The position numbers were made by a program, and so were the translations under genes. A stretch of 64,000 nucleotides of DNA from Perna viridis (lineage: Eukaryota): the NCBI GenBank assembly GCA_037379345.1, contig CM074513.1, positions 33,228,885-33,292,884 on the forward strand, written 5' to 3'. Shown here piece after piece: positions 41,378 to 52,720 of the stretch. The number at the start of each line of letters is the position of its first letter. The stretch's first letter is position 1. Under the pieces are notes generated by a model that searched no databases, was not told where the DNA came from, and saw nothing but the letters and a program-made list of their open reading frames with translations.

Positions 41378-41437
41378 GCTGTTGAGGAAAGTAGAAGGAA
41401 CCAACTAATGAAAGATATGGCTCAACTTAGACTACAG
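41378..41437 (+). CDS. SMG5: SMG5 coding exon (60 nt)
   Basis: tgtag|GCT...CAG|gtaact; AVEESRRNQLMKDMAQLRLQ, a highly conserved SMG5 helix. Confidence 0.95.
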
Positions 41438-41841
41438 GTAACTGTCCTTTTTACCTTAAGATATGGCTTTGACTACATGTAATGATAAACTGTCCATCTA
41501 AGGTAGAGTTATACATCTCTTAAACATACATGTAATGTGCATTCAGTGGGTATCAAATGTGAATTTGAAATATACACATTTACACTTCATTAGGAAAATA
41601 TATCACAAATGGAAATGTCCTTTATATTCACTTCCTGTCTTTCTGTCCATCTACATTTTCCATGAGCACCAAATCAAGTCTGTTGTAAATTTATCTGTTT
41701 CTTAATCATTCAGTGGACTTTTATGAATGTGGGTGATTACACTCTAGGAGTCTTAACTTAAGTGTTTTCAGTCTGCAGCCCATGTGGAGCCAGAGCAGTA
41801 TCCCTTTTTGTGAACTTACTCATTTTATCTGTTTTTATCAG

Positions 41842-41998
41842 GCAGAAGTAACACAGTTAGAGGGGTCATTAGACACTATTGACCAGGGCCATTTTCCACC
41901 TTACCTGATACCTGATACAACATCACTCTGCGAGTCTCTCCCACTGGTTAAACAGCTGACTCAGACCAATAAAGGCATAGTCATAATACCCCTAGCAG
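41842..41998 (+). CDS. SMG5: SMG5 coding exon, start of PIN-like domain
   Basis: gtttttatcag|GCA...GCAG|gtaagt; AEVTQLEGSLDTIDQGHFPPYLIPDTTSLCESLPLVKQLTQTNKGIVIIPLA (cf. EVSQLEGSL...PYLVPDT...IVIIP); 157 nt, phase 0-1. Confidence 0.95.
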
Positions 41999-42595
41999 GT
42001 AAGTCATGGTTGAAGGTAGTCATAGGCATTGTATCTCTAATTGTTCAGTCTTTATTGTAAGGTAGTCATAGGCATTATACCTCTAGCTTCTAAGTCTTGT
42101 TGTAAGGTAGTCATAGGCATTACACCTCTAGCAGGTAGGTTTTGTTGTATGGTTATCACAGGTATTACACCTCTAGCAGGTAAGTCCTTGATATAAGGTA
42201 GTCAAAGGCATTTTACCTCTAGCATGAAAGTTTTTGTCATAAGGTAGTCAAAGGCATTTTACCTCTAGCAGGAAAGTCTTTGTTGTAAGGTAGTCACAGG
42301 CTTTATACTTCTAGCTTGTAAGTCTTTGTTGTAAGGTAGTCATTGGCATTACACATCTAGCAGGTAAGTCTATGTTGTGAGGTAGTCATAGGCATTACAC
42401 CTCCAGCAGGTAAGTCTATGTTGTAAGGTCGTCATAGGCATTACACCTCTAGCTGATACGTCTGTAGTAAGTAGTAGTCATTATTATTATACCATTGGTA
42501 GTCTATGTTGTTAGGTAGTCATACCTGGAAGACTAATAATCATTTTACCACTAGCTGGTTTGTACAGTCATTTTACCACTAGCTGGTAACTCTAT
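41985..42595 (+). repeat. 45-46 bp minisatellite spanning and amplifying the SMG5 exon/intron donor junction
   Basis: Unit aaggtagtcataggcattacacctctagcaggtaagtctatgttgt, about 11-12 copies; the first copy overlaps the exon end ctagcag|gtaagtc. Confidence 0.92.
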
Positions 42596-42689
42596 GGTAG
42601 ATAGTGGTCAGTACTCAAAGACACAGTCATTTACCTTTAGTTTATTGTAAGGTATTCGTTGCTGCAAGACTATAAAAAAAATAAAATTG

Positions 42690-43615
42690 TATAATTATAT
42701 CATGCTGTCTTCATCATCATAGTTCATAGACACTTTATGTCCAGACAATAACTTGAGCATAAATGAAATTGTACCACATTGTGCCATACCACAAAAGGAA
42801 GCTTTGGATTGATTTTTGGGCTTGTGATTTGAACCATTAAGAAGTCCGGGCCAAACACAAGCATTTTCATTATGTCCAGACAATATTTTTTTTTTTATTT
42901 TGAAACGTACCTCTTTGAAAACATACCACAAAAGGAAGATCTGGATTAGTTTTGTGGGTTATGACTAAACCGTTAAAGAATTAGTTGCCAAAATTAGGCT
43001 GGAAAAAAGATTTCTCATAATTTCTGGACAATAGCTTTATCCATGAATCTCTTTGAAATTGTACCATAGGATGCCATACCACCAATGGAAGTCTTGGATT
43101 GATTTTAGGGGTTATTACTTGAAAATTGTTTATAAATTATAGGGCAAAAAGGGGCTTGAAACAAGAATTTTCATGACAATAACTTGATTATAAGTGAATG
43201 GATCTCTTTGAAATTATAGTACAAGGTGTCATACCACAGAAAGATTGCTGGATTTAATTGTGGGTGTTGTGACTTGAACTGATAAGGAATGAGGGACCGA
43301 AATTGGGTCAGACACAAGCATTTTCTTGATGTACAGATAATGACTTGAGTGAAAATGAATGGATCTCTTTCAATTGTACCAAAGGTGTCATACCCACAAA
43401 GGAAGGCTGGGATTGATTTTGGGGTTTGTGCTTATGGGGAATAGGGCCAAAAAGAAGCCACTGCAATTAAGGTCAAATTCTTATTCTGTGTCTAATATTT
43501 AATCACAATCAAAATTCAGAGCTGTATCAAGCTTGAATGGTGTGTCCATACTTGCCCCTACTGTTCATTGTGTAACCTCTGCAGTCATTTCAAGCTGCAC
43601 CCTGTGAAGCATTTT
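42690..43615 (+). mobile_element. Dispersed non-autonomous element with internal ~140-170 bp tandem subunits (HINE-like)
   Basis: Repeated gacaataacttga...ggatctctttgaaattgtacc...ataccacaaaaggaag...ggattgatttt; terminal gtgtccatacttgccc-actgttca shared with 49003-49030. Confidence 0.6.
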
Positions 43616-43869
43616 AATATCTATACAGTATTGTAGGGTAAGGCTGTGAAAACAGGCATTTGATGAAAAACATTTTTGTGAAGCAGTTAGTCAGCACAGA
43701 CTTTCTTGCATTCTTTTAATTAACAAGGGCATATTTAATGTATGCAGATGTATGTATCTTAATGAATAGTTTTACATGTCTAACAATACTTTAAAACAAG
43801 AATTTTGAAGGGAAAGTTGTTTCTTCCCAAAGAATGATTGCTTTAATGTGATCATTACTTTATTTTCAG

Positions 43870-43960
43870 TAATTGATACATTAGATTACATGAAGAAAGA
43901 TTCAGTTGGTGCCAGAGAAGCTATTAGGTGGCTGGAAACAGAATTTAGGAAAGGGAACAG
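43870..43960 (+). CDS. SMG5: SMG5 coding exon, PIN-like domain
   Basis: tattttcag|TA...AACAG|gtactt; VIDTLDYMKKDSVGAREAIRWLETEFRKGNR (cf. VIDGLDLLKKEHPGARDGIRYLEAEFKKGNR); 91 nt, phase 1-2. Confidence 0.96.
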
Positions 43961-44496
43961 GTACTTAGATACTGATGCTTATTTACATTTTTACAAAGAA
44001 TTTTGTCCTTATATGGTGGTGTTGTTTTCACTGGTCTTGGTATCTGTATACATTTGGTTTTCATGTGAAAGCTTGAATATGAGTTTATTTATGGATATTA
44101 ATAAAAAATTCCCACTTCTTTTGGCTCTTTGTTAATCTTATTCTAACTGTATTTAGGTGTTTGATTTTGGGTTCTAATTTCAAGTTTGTATAAATTGGAC
44201 TCATGCCAAGCTTTCTTGCACAAAACATTTTATTGTCTTTTTTACCTATAGTTTTAGGGTTAAATAGATGTGACAATGAAAGTTCCCCTGGTGGTTTCAT
44301 TAAACTCTAACAGAACATGTATTTTCTCCATTTTGCAGTTGTTGTTGTAGTCAAAATGGATCATTTACATAAAAACTATTCATTTCTGTTTATATGTTGT
44401 ATAATTTGCTTTATAACAGCTTTGTATAAGTATTAACATAGATTGTCTTTTTACTTTTATACAAATATTTTTATCAATGAAGTAATTATTTGTAGT

Positions 44497-45013
44497 GCCC
44501 CATGCAGGTCCGGGTGTCAAAAGAATAGGCCTGCAGCAGCGCTAAGCTTGTCGTAAAAGGCAACTAAATAGTGCTCAGAAACCTAGCTGGGGGCTAGGTG
44601 CTCTGCCCACAGAGCAACTAGGATGTGTGCCCCTTGTGGTAGAATGGGGTACCCCTGGCATGTTACATGCTGGGGTTGTCAGGATATAATACGGAAAACC
44701 TGACTGCAAACCATAGTGGTGCACCGTGTTGGGAAAGATGCACGTTAAAGAACCCTGCTGTTGTATTTGATAGGAGTAGGAACCTTTGCGCTCCGCCACA
44801 AGAGGCTAAATTGCCCGACCTTACCCATCCCTTCCTTTTTCTAGTGGCAATCTAAATTTGTCGACCCTATTATCCTTGTGTCCCATCCCTTATTTTTTTC
44901 ATTTCATCATCATTCATGTTCATTTTATCATCCATTTCATGTTCATTGTTTGAATGTAGCTGAAATATTGCTGCTCGGATGTTAAACCCCAACAATCAAT
45001 CAATCAATCAATC
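44497..45013 (+). mobile_element. SINE-like retroposon copy 2 (full length)
   Basis: Starts gccccatgcaggtccggg, ends gttaaaccccaa(caat)n; 13-bp TSD aattattt(g/t)tagt at 44484-44496 and 45014-45026. Confidence 0.92.
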
Positions 45014-45018
45014 AATTA

Positions 45019-47024
45019 TTTTTAGTTCACCTGGCTGTTTGGATTTTTTGATTGGTTAAAAAACATGGCCACCGTTACTGAAAATAGAACATAGGGGTCT
45101 GACAGCAGATTTTTTCATATATCTCCAAAACTGTTAGGTTTAGCGAAATTCTGACTGGAATAATAGTGTTCAGCATGATGAGATCTATCTGTGGTCAAAT
45201 TTTCATTTTAATCTGTTAAGCCATGTTGGAGTTATTGCCCTTTTTCGACTTTTTTGTTGTTGCTATTTTGAATGTTATTTCTGTTAAAAATCTTCTCCTC
45301 TGACACCACTTGACCAATTGGAATCAAACTTGGTATGACTGTTCCTTGGGGTATCCTACATAGAACTGATGTGAAGATTTTTGATCCGTTGAAGAACATT
45401 GCCACCATCACTGAAAATAGAACATAGGGGTCAGACTGTGTGTTTTTCGCATATATCTCCAAAACCGTTTGGTTTAGCATAATTATTTCAATTGCTGAAA
45501 TGACCCTTATTATAAGGCCTTTAAAGTTCTTCAGGGATCAAAGTTGTCAGATGACTCCTTGTAAGAGTTATTGCCCTTGAAAGATGAAAACTGCCATTTT
45601 TTTTTTTACAGTTTTCAGCCAATATCTTGAAAACTATAATAGATAGAAAGAAACTTTTCAATCGCTGAAATGGTCCTTATGATAGTCCTACTAAAGTCTT
45701 GTTGAGTCAAAATTGTTGGACAGCTCCTTGTTAAATTTATTGCTTTTGAAAGACAAACTTTAGCAAGGTGAGTGATTCAGGCTCCTTGGAGCCTCTAGTT
45801 GGACATTTTTTTTCTGTTTTTGATGGTATTACTTTCAAAAATCTTCTTTCTAAAAAACTACTATACAGAATTCAATGAAAGTTGGTATTTTTGTTTTGTA
45901 GGGTATCCTTAACAAAATGACCTTTTGGATTGATGATCGGTTAAAAAACATGGCAGCATTTACTAAAAATAGAACATAGGGGTTGTACAGTAGTTTTTTG
46001 CATATATCTCCAAAACCGTTAGGTTTGGCCAATATCTTTTAATTGCTGAAATAACGTTATTATAAGGCCTACAAAAGTCTTCAGGGATCAAAGTTGTCAG
46101 ACAACTCCTTGTAAGGGTTATTGCCCTTGAGAGGTGAAAAATGACTTTTTTTTTTTACAGTTTTAAGCCTATATCTTGAAAACTATGATAAATAGAGTGA
46201 AACTTTCAATTGCTGAAATGGTTCTTATTATAAGGCCTACAAAAGTCCTCAGGGATCAAAGTTATCACACGACTCCATATAAGAGTTATTGCCCTTGAAA
46301 GGCAAAAAACTATGTTTTTTGCAGTTTCAGTCAGTAACTTGAAAATTATAATAGGAAGAATGAAACTTTTGTTTGATGAAATGATCCTCGTGATAAGTCC
46401 TACCAAAGTCTTCATGGAGTCAAAATTGTTAGGCCCAGTGCAGGTCCGGGTGTTAAAAGAATAGGCCTGCAGCAGCGCTAAGCTTGTCGTAAAAGGCGAC
46501 TAAATAGTGCTTAGAACCATAGCCGGGGGCTAGGGCACTCTGCCCACAGAGCAACTGTGATGTGTGCCCCAGGTGGTGGAATGGAGTACCCCTGTTACAT
46601 GCTGGGGTTGTCAGGCTATAATATTGAAAACCTGACCGCAAACCATAGTGGTGCACCGTGTTGGGAAAGATGCCAACATTCCTCGCACGTTAAAGAACCC
46701 TGCTGTGGTATTCTCTCGGAGTAGGAACCATAGGGCTCCGCCACAAGAGGCTAAATTGCCCGACTCTACCCACCTCTCCCTATTTCCAGTGGCAATCAAA
46801 ATTTGTCGACCCCATCGTCCTTGTGTCCCATTCCTTTTTCATTTCATGTTCATATTATCATCAATTTCATGTTCATCATCTGAATATAGCTGAAATATTG
46901 CTGCTCAACGTTAAACCCCAGCAAACAAACAAAATTGTTAGACAATTTCTTGCTAGAGTTATTGCCCTTGAAAAGCAAAAATTTAACCAGGTGAGCGATT
47001 CAGGCTCCTGGGAGCCTCTTGTTT
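45019..47024 (+). mobile_element. Helentron-associated non-autonomous element (HINE-like), composite with two 3' ends
   Basis: 5' tttttagttcacctgg; 3' caggtgagcgattc + hairpin aggctcc-tg-ggagcct at 47002-47017; a second 3' end with hairpin at 45766-45794; internal duplicated blocks. Confidence 0.75.
46433..46929 (+). mobile_element. SINE-like retroposon copy 3 (full length), nested in the HINE-like element
   Basis: Starts gcccagtgcaggtccggg; perfect 12-bp TSD caaaattgttag at 46421-46432 and 46930-46941; (caaa)n tail. Confidence 0.92.
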
Positions 47025-47187
47025 ATAATTACACATCAATTTTTTTTTTTAGTTTCTGAAAATACTGTTCATCAAACTTTTTTCACAGTGAGAACATTTT
47101 TCATTTTGCTCTTTTTCATTTCGTTCTTTGACATTTATACAGTCCGTTGAAATAATATGGAATTAAGAACATGCTATTTCATTTTAG

Positions 47188-47268
47188 ATACATTAGAGCT
47201 CAAAAGAGTACTGAGAAGCTACAGGAGAGTATACCAAAGAATCTGAAGAAGAAAAGTCAAGAGACATG
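47188..47268 (+). CDS. SMG5: SMG5 coding exon, PIN-like domain
   Basis: ttcattttag|A...CATG|gtatga; YIRAQKSTEKLQESIPKNLKKKSQETW continues GNR-YIRxQK; 81 nt, phase 2-2. Confidence 0.93.
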
Positions 47269-47544
47269 GTATGAATCCAATGTGTTCCTTTAACTACATA
47301 CTGGTAATTTATGTAGTTATAAAATGACCAGTAGTCACTCAGACTTTACTGTTGTCCTCTTTGCAGGCTTTACAAAAGTAAAATGATATAATTTCAACAA
47401 ACATCTTTATATGTTGAATCTGATTAGACATGCATATTTGTAAACAGCTTATTTTATAAAAAACCATTTATAAAAACTAATGTACTATAGATTGGTTTTT
47501 TTTTTCAATTTTAATTATTTTTTTATTGTGTTCCTTATTTAATT

Positions 47545-48432
47545 CAGGTAAACAAATGATTCCTCATATAAATCCCTGCCTGCATATTTCAATCAGATTT
47601 CAAATATCTCTTAATGAGTTATAGGGGCCACACCCAAAAATACGCCCGTCTAACTGTATACCGTTGTCTGTCTGTTGTCAACACTTGGGACAATAACTCA
47701 AAAACACTTTCATCAACTTTTATGAAACTTTGGTGAATTGTTGATTTCTATTGATGTAAGCTCCCTTTCGATTTTTATAAATTTCAGATTTATCGTTTCT
47801 GTATTATGAATTTTTTTTTACTTAAAAAAAGGGGGATTTTCAAGTTTTCAGACAATAACTCGAAAACACTTTCACCCACTTTTATGAAACCTTAGTGAAT
47901 TGTCTATATCAATTGACATGAGCTCCTTTCGATTTTATAAATTTCAGATTTTTCATTTCCATGTAATCAATTTTTATACTTAAAAATGGGGGTTTTTTCA
48001 AGTTTTTGCACAATAAATCTATTGATGGAAGTTTCCTTTCAGTTTTTATAAAATTCAGATATATCGTTTCCGTGTTACAAAGTTTTTTTACTTTAAGGGG
48101 GATTTTCAAGTTTTTGCACAATTACTCAAAAACATTTTCACTAACTTTCATGAAACTTTGATGAATTGTTCATATCTATTGAAGTAAGCTCCCTTCCAAT
48201 TTGTATAAATGTCAAATTTTACCTTTCTGTGTTTGAAGTTTTACTCTTTAAAAAAGGAATTTTTATTCATTGAAAAATCATTGAAAATGGACCATATGTT
48301 ATGATGATCGAATAATAAATATAAAAGGTACTTGGTAACCTTGTCAGAAAAGTGTGTTTTAAACAAGATAGAAATGTATGGGTGAAAAATCAAGACAACA
48401 AACATTTTTTAATTACTTTTTTTTTTTTTTCT

Positions 48433-48463
<31 letters not shown>

Positions 48464-49032
48464 GGGGGGTATTTGACAGAGCTCACAGTATTTCTAGTTG
48501 ATCATATAAATTCATTAAAAGCATAAGGACAAGTTAAAAGGGCAATTGGCGTATCATGCACTTACAGCGCAGCTCTTTGTTTTATTTTTGGTCCAATATC
48601 GATTTTTTTAATTGGATTCCTCATAAAAATCCCTGCCTGCAGTGTTTAAATCAGATTTCAGATATCAATTACAGATTTCGAGTTATAAGGGGTCAAAGGG
48701 ATCACACCCAAAAAAAAATCAACTTTTTTATTCTTGGTCCAATTAAAACAAAAATTCATTGGATTTTTCATAAAAATTCCTTTTCTGCCTGTGTTTTCAA
48801 TCAGATTTCAGATATCTGTTACTGTTTTCGAATTATAAGAGGTCAAAATGGACACAACTGAAAAAATCACCTTTTTTTTTGTTGACTTATTTTGAAAATT
48901 TGTAACTGAATTTAAAATTTTGTGCAATAGAGTGTCAAAACCATTTGTTGTATCCATAATGAATTGGAAGTCCTTATGCTTTAATGTGTCAAAAACTAAT
49001 ATTGTGTCCACACTTGCCCTGACTGTTCAGGG
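47545..49032 (+). mobile_element. Cluster of dispersed repeat elements with internal tandem subunits; includes poly(T)/poly(G) tract at 48416-48469
   Basis: Repeated gacaataactcaaaaacactttca-caacttttatgaaacttt-gtgaattg...agctccctttcgatttttataaatttcagat units; the 3' part resembles 20960-21205. Confidence 0.65.
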
Positions 49033-49187
49033 ATCGGCAAAAGTTTTTATTTATATTTGTATATTACAATGTGTAGTTTATTAATTTTAGGGTTTAAAAA
49101 ATGAAATAATCAAAACTTCAATGAAAGGATGTAAGATTTAGTACTTCTTACATCAAGCACTTTTTTATATATTGTTTTATTCTACAG

Positions 49188-49342
49188 GTGCCTGTATGAA
49201 ATTTTTAGTTGTGCCAGGTATTTGGCAGGTCAAGGTGATATAGGCAGTGGTAACATGGTAGCAGTTATGACGAAACAAGACATGAAGACATCCAATCTTC
49301 CTGAAGTTGTTAAACAGTTGGTTTACAAATGTTCTAAAGAAG
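49188..49342 (+). CDS. SMG5: SMG5 coding exon, PIN-like domain
   Basis: ttttattctacag|G...GAAG|gtacat; WCLYEIFSCARYLAGQGDIGSGNMVAVMTKQDMKTSNLPEVVKQLVYKCSKE (cf. WTLYKILDSC...GMVTIIT); 155 nt, phase 2-1. Confidence 0.92.
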
Positions 49343-49943
49343 GTACATGTAGGTCATTTGTCATAATAGAAGTGGGTAGCACACTTTAAAACCTTCTGTA
49401 ACCAACCATTTCCATTGGAATTGTCTGTATCAAGTCATGATCGTTGTACTTGTTTCCAACTTTCCAAGTTTTGCATTTTGTTAACTTTTACCCAGATTTT
49501 AGCATCTTTTGGCTATTGCTTAGATTTTACCAATCAGTTAATTTTGTTATTACACTTTTATTTAGACAATATATATGAAATAAAATACAAATGTTTTAAG
49601 GGAAGTAGGTCTTCAGACATTATTCTAATTAAGATACTTTTTTATACCTACTGCTCTTCTGTATAAAGTTGTTATCCTTTCTATAACTTGAAAACCACAT
49701 CAGCTCGAATTTATAAATTTTATTATTCTTGAGTTGTTACACACCAACTTATTGATGAAGAGTTTTACTATACATCATTATCTTGTATAGTCATCATAGT
49801 AACATTTCTTCTCAGAATTTAATGGACAGAATAGTTCCTTATGTGATATGAAGCTTTGATAAAGTGAGATTTTTGTTTTCTCCAAATAAATCAGTTCTTC
49901 TGAATCCTAATGTTGTGCATGACCAGCTGTATGAGATAGAAAA

Positions 49944-50033
49944 TATTTGGACCATTGATTGTCCTGATACCTACAACTATTGGTGTATTTGGACCATTGA
50001 TTGTCCTGATACCTACAACTATTGGTGTATTTG
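49944..50033. repeat. Perfect 42-bp tandem duplication
   Basis: tatttggaccattgattgtcctgatacctacaactattggtg twice. Confidence 0.93.
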
Positions 50034-50642
50034 GAGAAAAATCTGCATCCAAATATAGATTTAAGTATTTATATAATCACTGAATCTATATAGGATGGTT
50101 TGTACATATAATAGTATTACTTTGAAGCAAACAACATTATTTTGTGTGAGTTTGCAGAGACATCTATCTTTGTACAGGTGACTCATTATCAATATTATTA
50201 TCAGTATTCAGCTTCAAGCAGAAGCAAACAAACTGCTACCACAGTCAATGTGATAATGTTGTTGGTCATCATTAGAAAGTAACATGTTAACAGTGTAGAA
50301 AAGTGATAATTAAACAAGATTATTTGACATTTATTATACTCTATAACAGTCATATAACAGCTGCTTATTTTCATATTTTGACTTACTTGTCCTGTTTTTG
50401 TATAGTTGTATTAAAAGGTAAAGGTTCTAGTCAAAAAGTGCTTATTCAGAAATGTTATAGAAATGTTTGTTCTGAAGGTATCACTAAGACCTAGGTTAAC
50501 AGATGTTGTTAATAATAAATGACTGTCACTGAAAAACATGCAATAAATAAATTAGATTGACTCATATTCACATTTAGATTTGTAAAAAAATGAAATTTTA
50601 CAGTAATTCTCATTTTATTTCCTGTTTTAATTTATTTTTCAG

Positions 50643-50710
50643 GTATTGGTATTGAAAACATTTCTACTTTTGCAAATAAATGGAAAGAAATTTTGAAAAA
50701 CAAAGGCTGA
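50643..50710 (+). CDS. SMG5: SMG5 terminal coding exon with stop codon
   Basis: tttatttttcag|GT; GIGIENISTFANKWKEILKNKG* (cf. VDIKNVLDFYKQWKEIG*); TGA at 50708-50710. Confidence 0.92.
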
Positions 50711-52720
50711 TCGAACATCATGTAATAACAATGATACAGTCTATTACCAGGCCAGCAAAAACAAAAAGCAGGTCCACCATCAAATAGGAACTGACCATAA
50801 AGAACTGGATGAACCATACTAGTCAAATAAGTAGAAATGTTGGAACTCCTACTGGCAGATTTATTAAGACATTCAAAGAACCAACTAGAAATCGAGATTG
50901 ACACTGAAGTATTTAATCATGCAGGTTCAATGAAAGCATTATATGGTTTTCAATTCATGCTGCTATGATATTTTTTCTTCTGTTTGAAGTACTTAGTCTT
51001 ACAGTTGATACAATGTTCAATACTTTCAAACTTTTTTCAGACAACAGCAGGGTTTGATCCAGGAATTTTGGGTTGGGGTAGAATTGGAAGGCAAAGTGAA
51101 TATAGGCAAGAACATTTTTTGGTAGAATTGTGAATTTTATTTTTTCCTAATTTTAGGGACTTAATCATAAGAATGCTTTGATATCAAGATGTCTTCAAGT
51201 TTTATTCAACATAAATGTAAAATAATCCTGTAATAAAAGCATAAGAGATTTAAAAAATTAAATGCTTTATTGTTGTTTAAGGCACATGGGGTTACTTGTA
51301 CACTGATTTTCCAATGTCTAAAATATTATAAACTAAATATACTGTTTTTAACTCCATTATCAAGTTATATTTTCAAGAGGACAAAAATTCAAATTTTGCA
51401 ACAAACATGGTCAATGTATCAAATTTGTGATTAAAACAACTTTTTACAGAAATACTAGAAGTACTTGGGTATTAGTGAGGGAGATGTGTGCTTAAAATCT
51501 TTTCAATTATCCTGTATGTAGTAAATTTCAAACATTATATTTCAAATTTGCAGAATTTTTTATATGTAAATTATCAGGAAGCATCACTTGTATTTCCATT
51601 ATAGAAATGAAAAAAAATAAATTAGTTTTTAATTCTTAATACTGGTATAGTTGAGTGGCCTTCCAAAACATCAATTTTTGCTGGCAGTATTAGCTTTTCT
51701 AAAGTGTAAAGTAACCATTACAAAGTTACAGTAGAAATACACCTATCATCAAAATCATTGTGGCCTTGCAAAGCTTACAACTTCCCAATGCTTGCAACAT
51801 ACCATGTTTCTAATCCTTTTGACATAATCGGTACAATTCACACACACACACAAACACATTGCTTGCAAAATTAATGGCCATGACAAGTGCATGCAAACAG
51901 CTTACATGGTGTTACCATCAAAACTCACCTTGAAAGAAAAAAAAATAAGATATGATGTGCTATATGTTTGTGAAGTCTAATAATATCATATGATGAGTAT
52001 TGTATAATGTAATGGTACATAGTTTAAACACTCATAATTCATTCCCAAAATTACTAAATGTCAATGCAAAATATTTTGAAATATCAAAGATATAACCAAA
52101 GCAGGATGTACCAACCTGATCCAAAGTGAAAGCCCACACAATACACTCTAAAATAAGAAAAAATCAGGATGTGTATTGAACCAAATTTCTTAAATAAAGT
52201 CTTGTACACCAGCAGAATCTGTTAAGATATAAGATCCAGGAAAATTGTTCACTTTTAAAGGAATTTTGATATCTAAAAAGTGACTACAGATATTAATGGT
52301 GTTAAAAGAGCAAGGATCACCAGTGTTGCATCTAAACCCTGTTCAAACGTTTGAGTCTAAGTTGTTATGTTCATGTATTAAGTATCTGTTATGGTCTTAG
52401 AAGCATTCCTGAAAACCTGAATGTCTTTATTTTGTGTTTAAATGTAGAAATTAAAGTTGTCTTCAACAGAATTCACAAAATAACATATGTAATTATAACA
52501 AGTAAACTTTCTCGTTTGTTTATAAAATGCATCCTTCGTCATGTCATTTGAAAAATGAAATAGATGGATTAGCACATTTTAACATGGAAAGTGCATTGCT
52601 TTTAGCAAACAAAGAATGTTCTAGTCTCGTTTTGTCGTTAACATGCAATTTTCAGTTCATTTTCTCGGTAAATACATCACTTGCTTCATTACAGTCTGTA
52701 AACTTCCAATTCAAATAAAA
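50711..52720 (+). terminator. Probable SMG5 3' UTR / transcription termination zone with several candidate poly(A) signals
   Basis: AATAAA at 51232, 51616, 52193 and 52714; CpG depletion ends at about 52.3-52.5 kb. The true site cannot be chosen from sequence alone. Confidence 0.4.

Noticed and set aside
44575-46893. Cluster of similar short ORFs (also 61077-61383), e.g. APPQEAKLPD
   Set aside because: Chance translations of the SINE copies; frames are not maintained between copies.
48416-48469. Poly(T)-poly(G) tract as a functional G-quadruplex
   Set aside because: Homopolymer inside a repeat cluster; common in such genomes and length is unreliable in assemblies.
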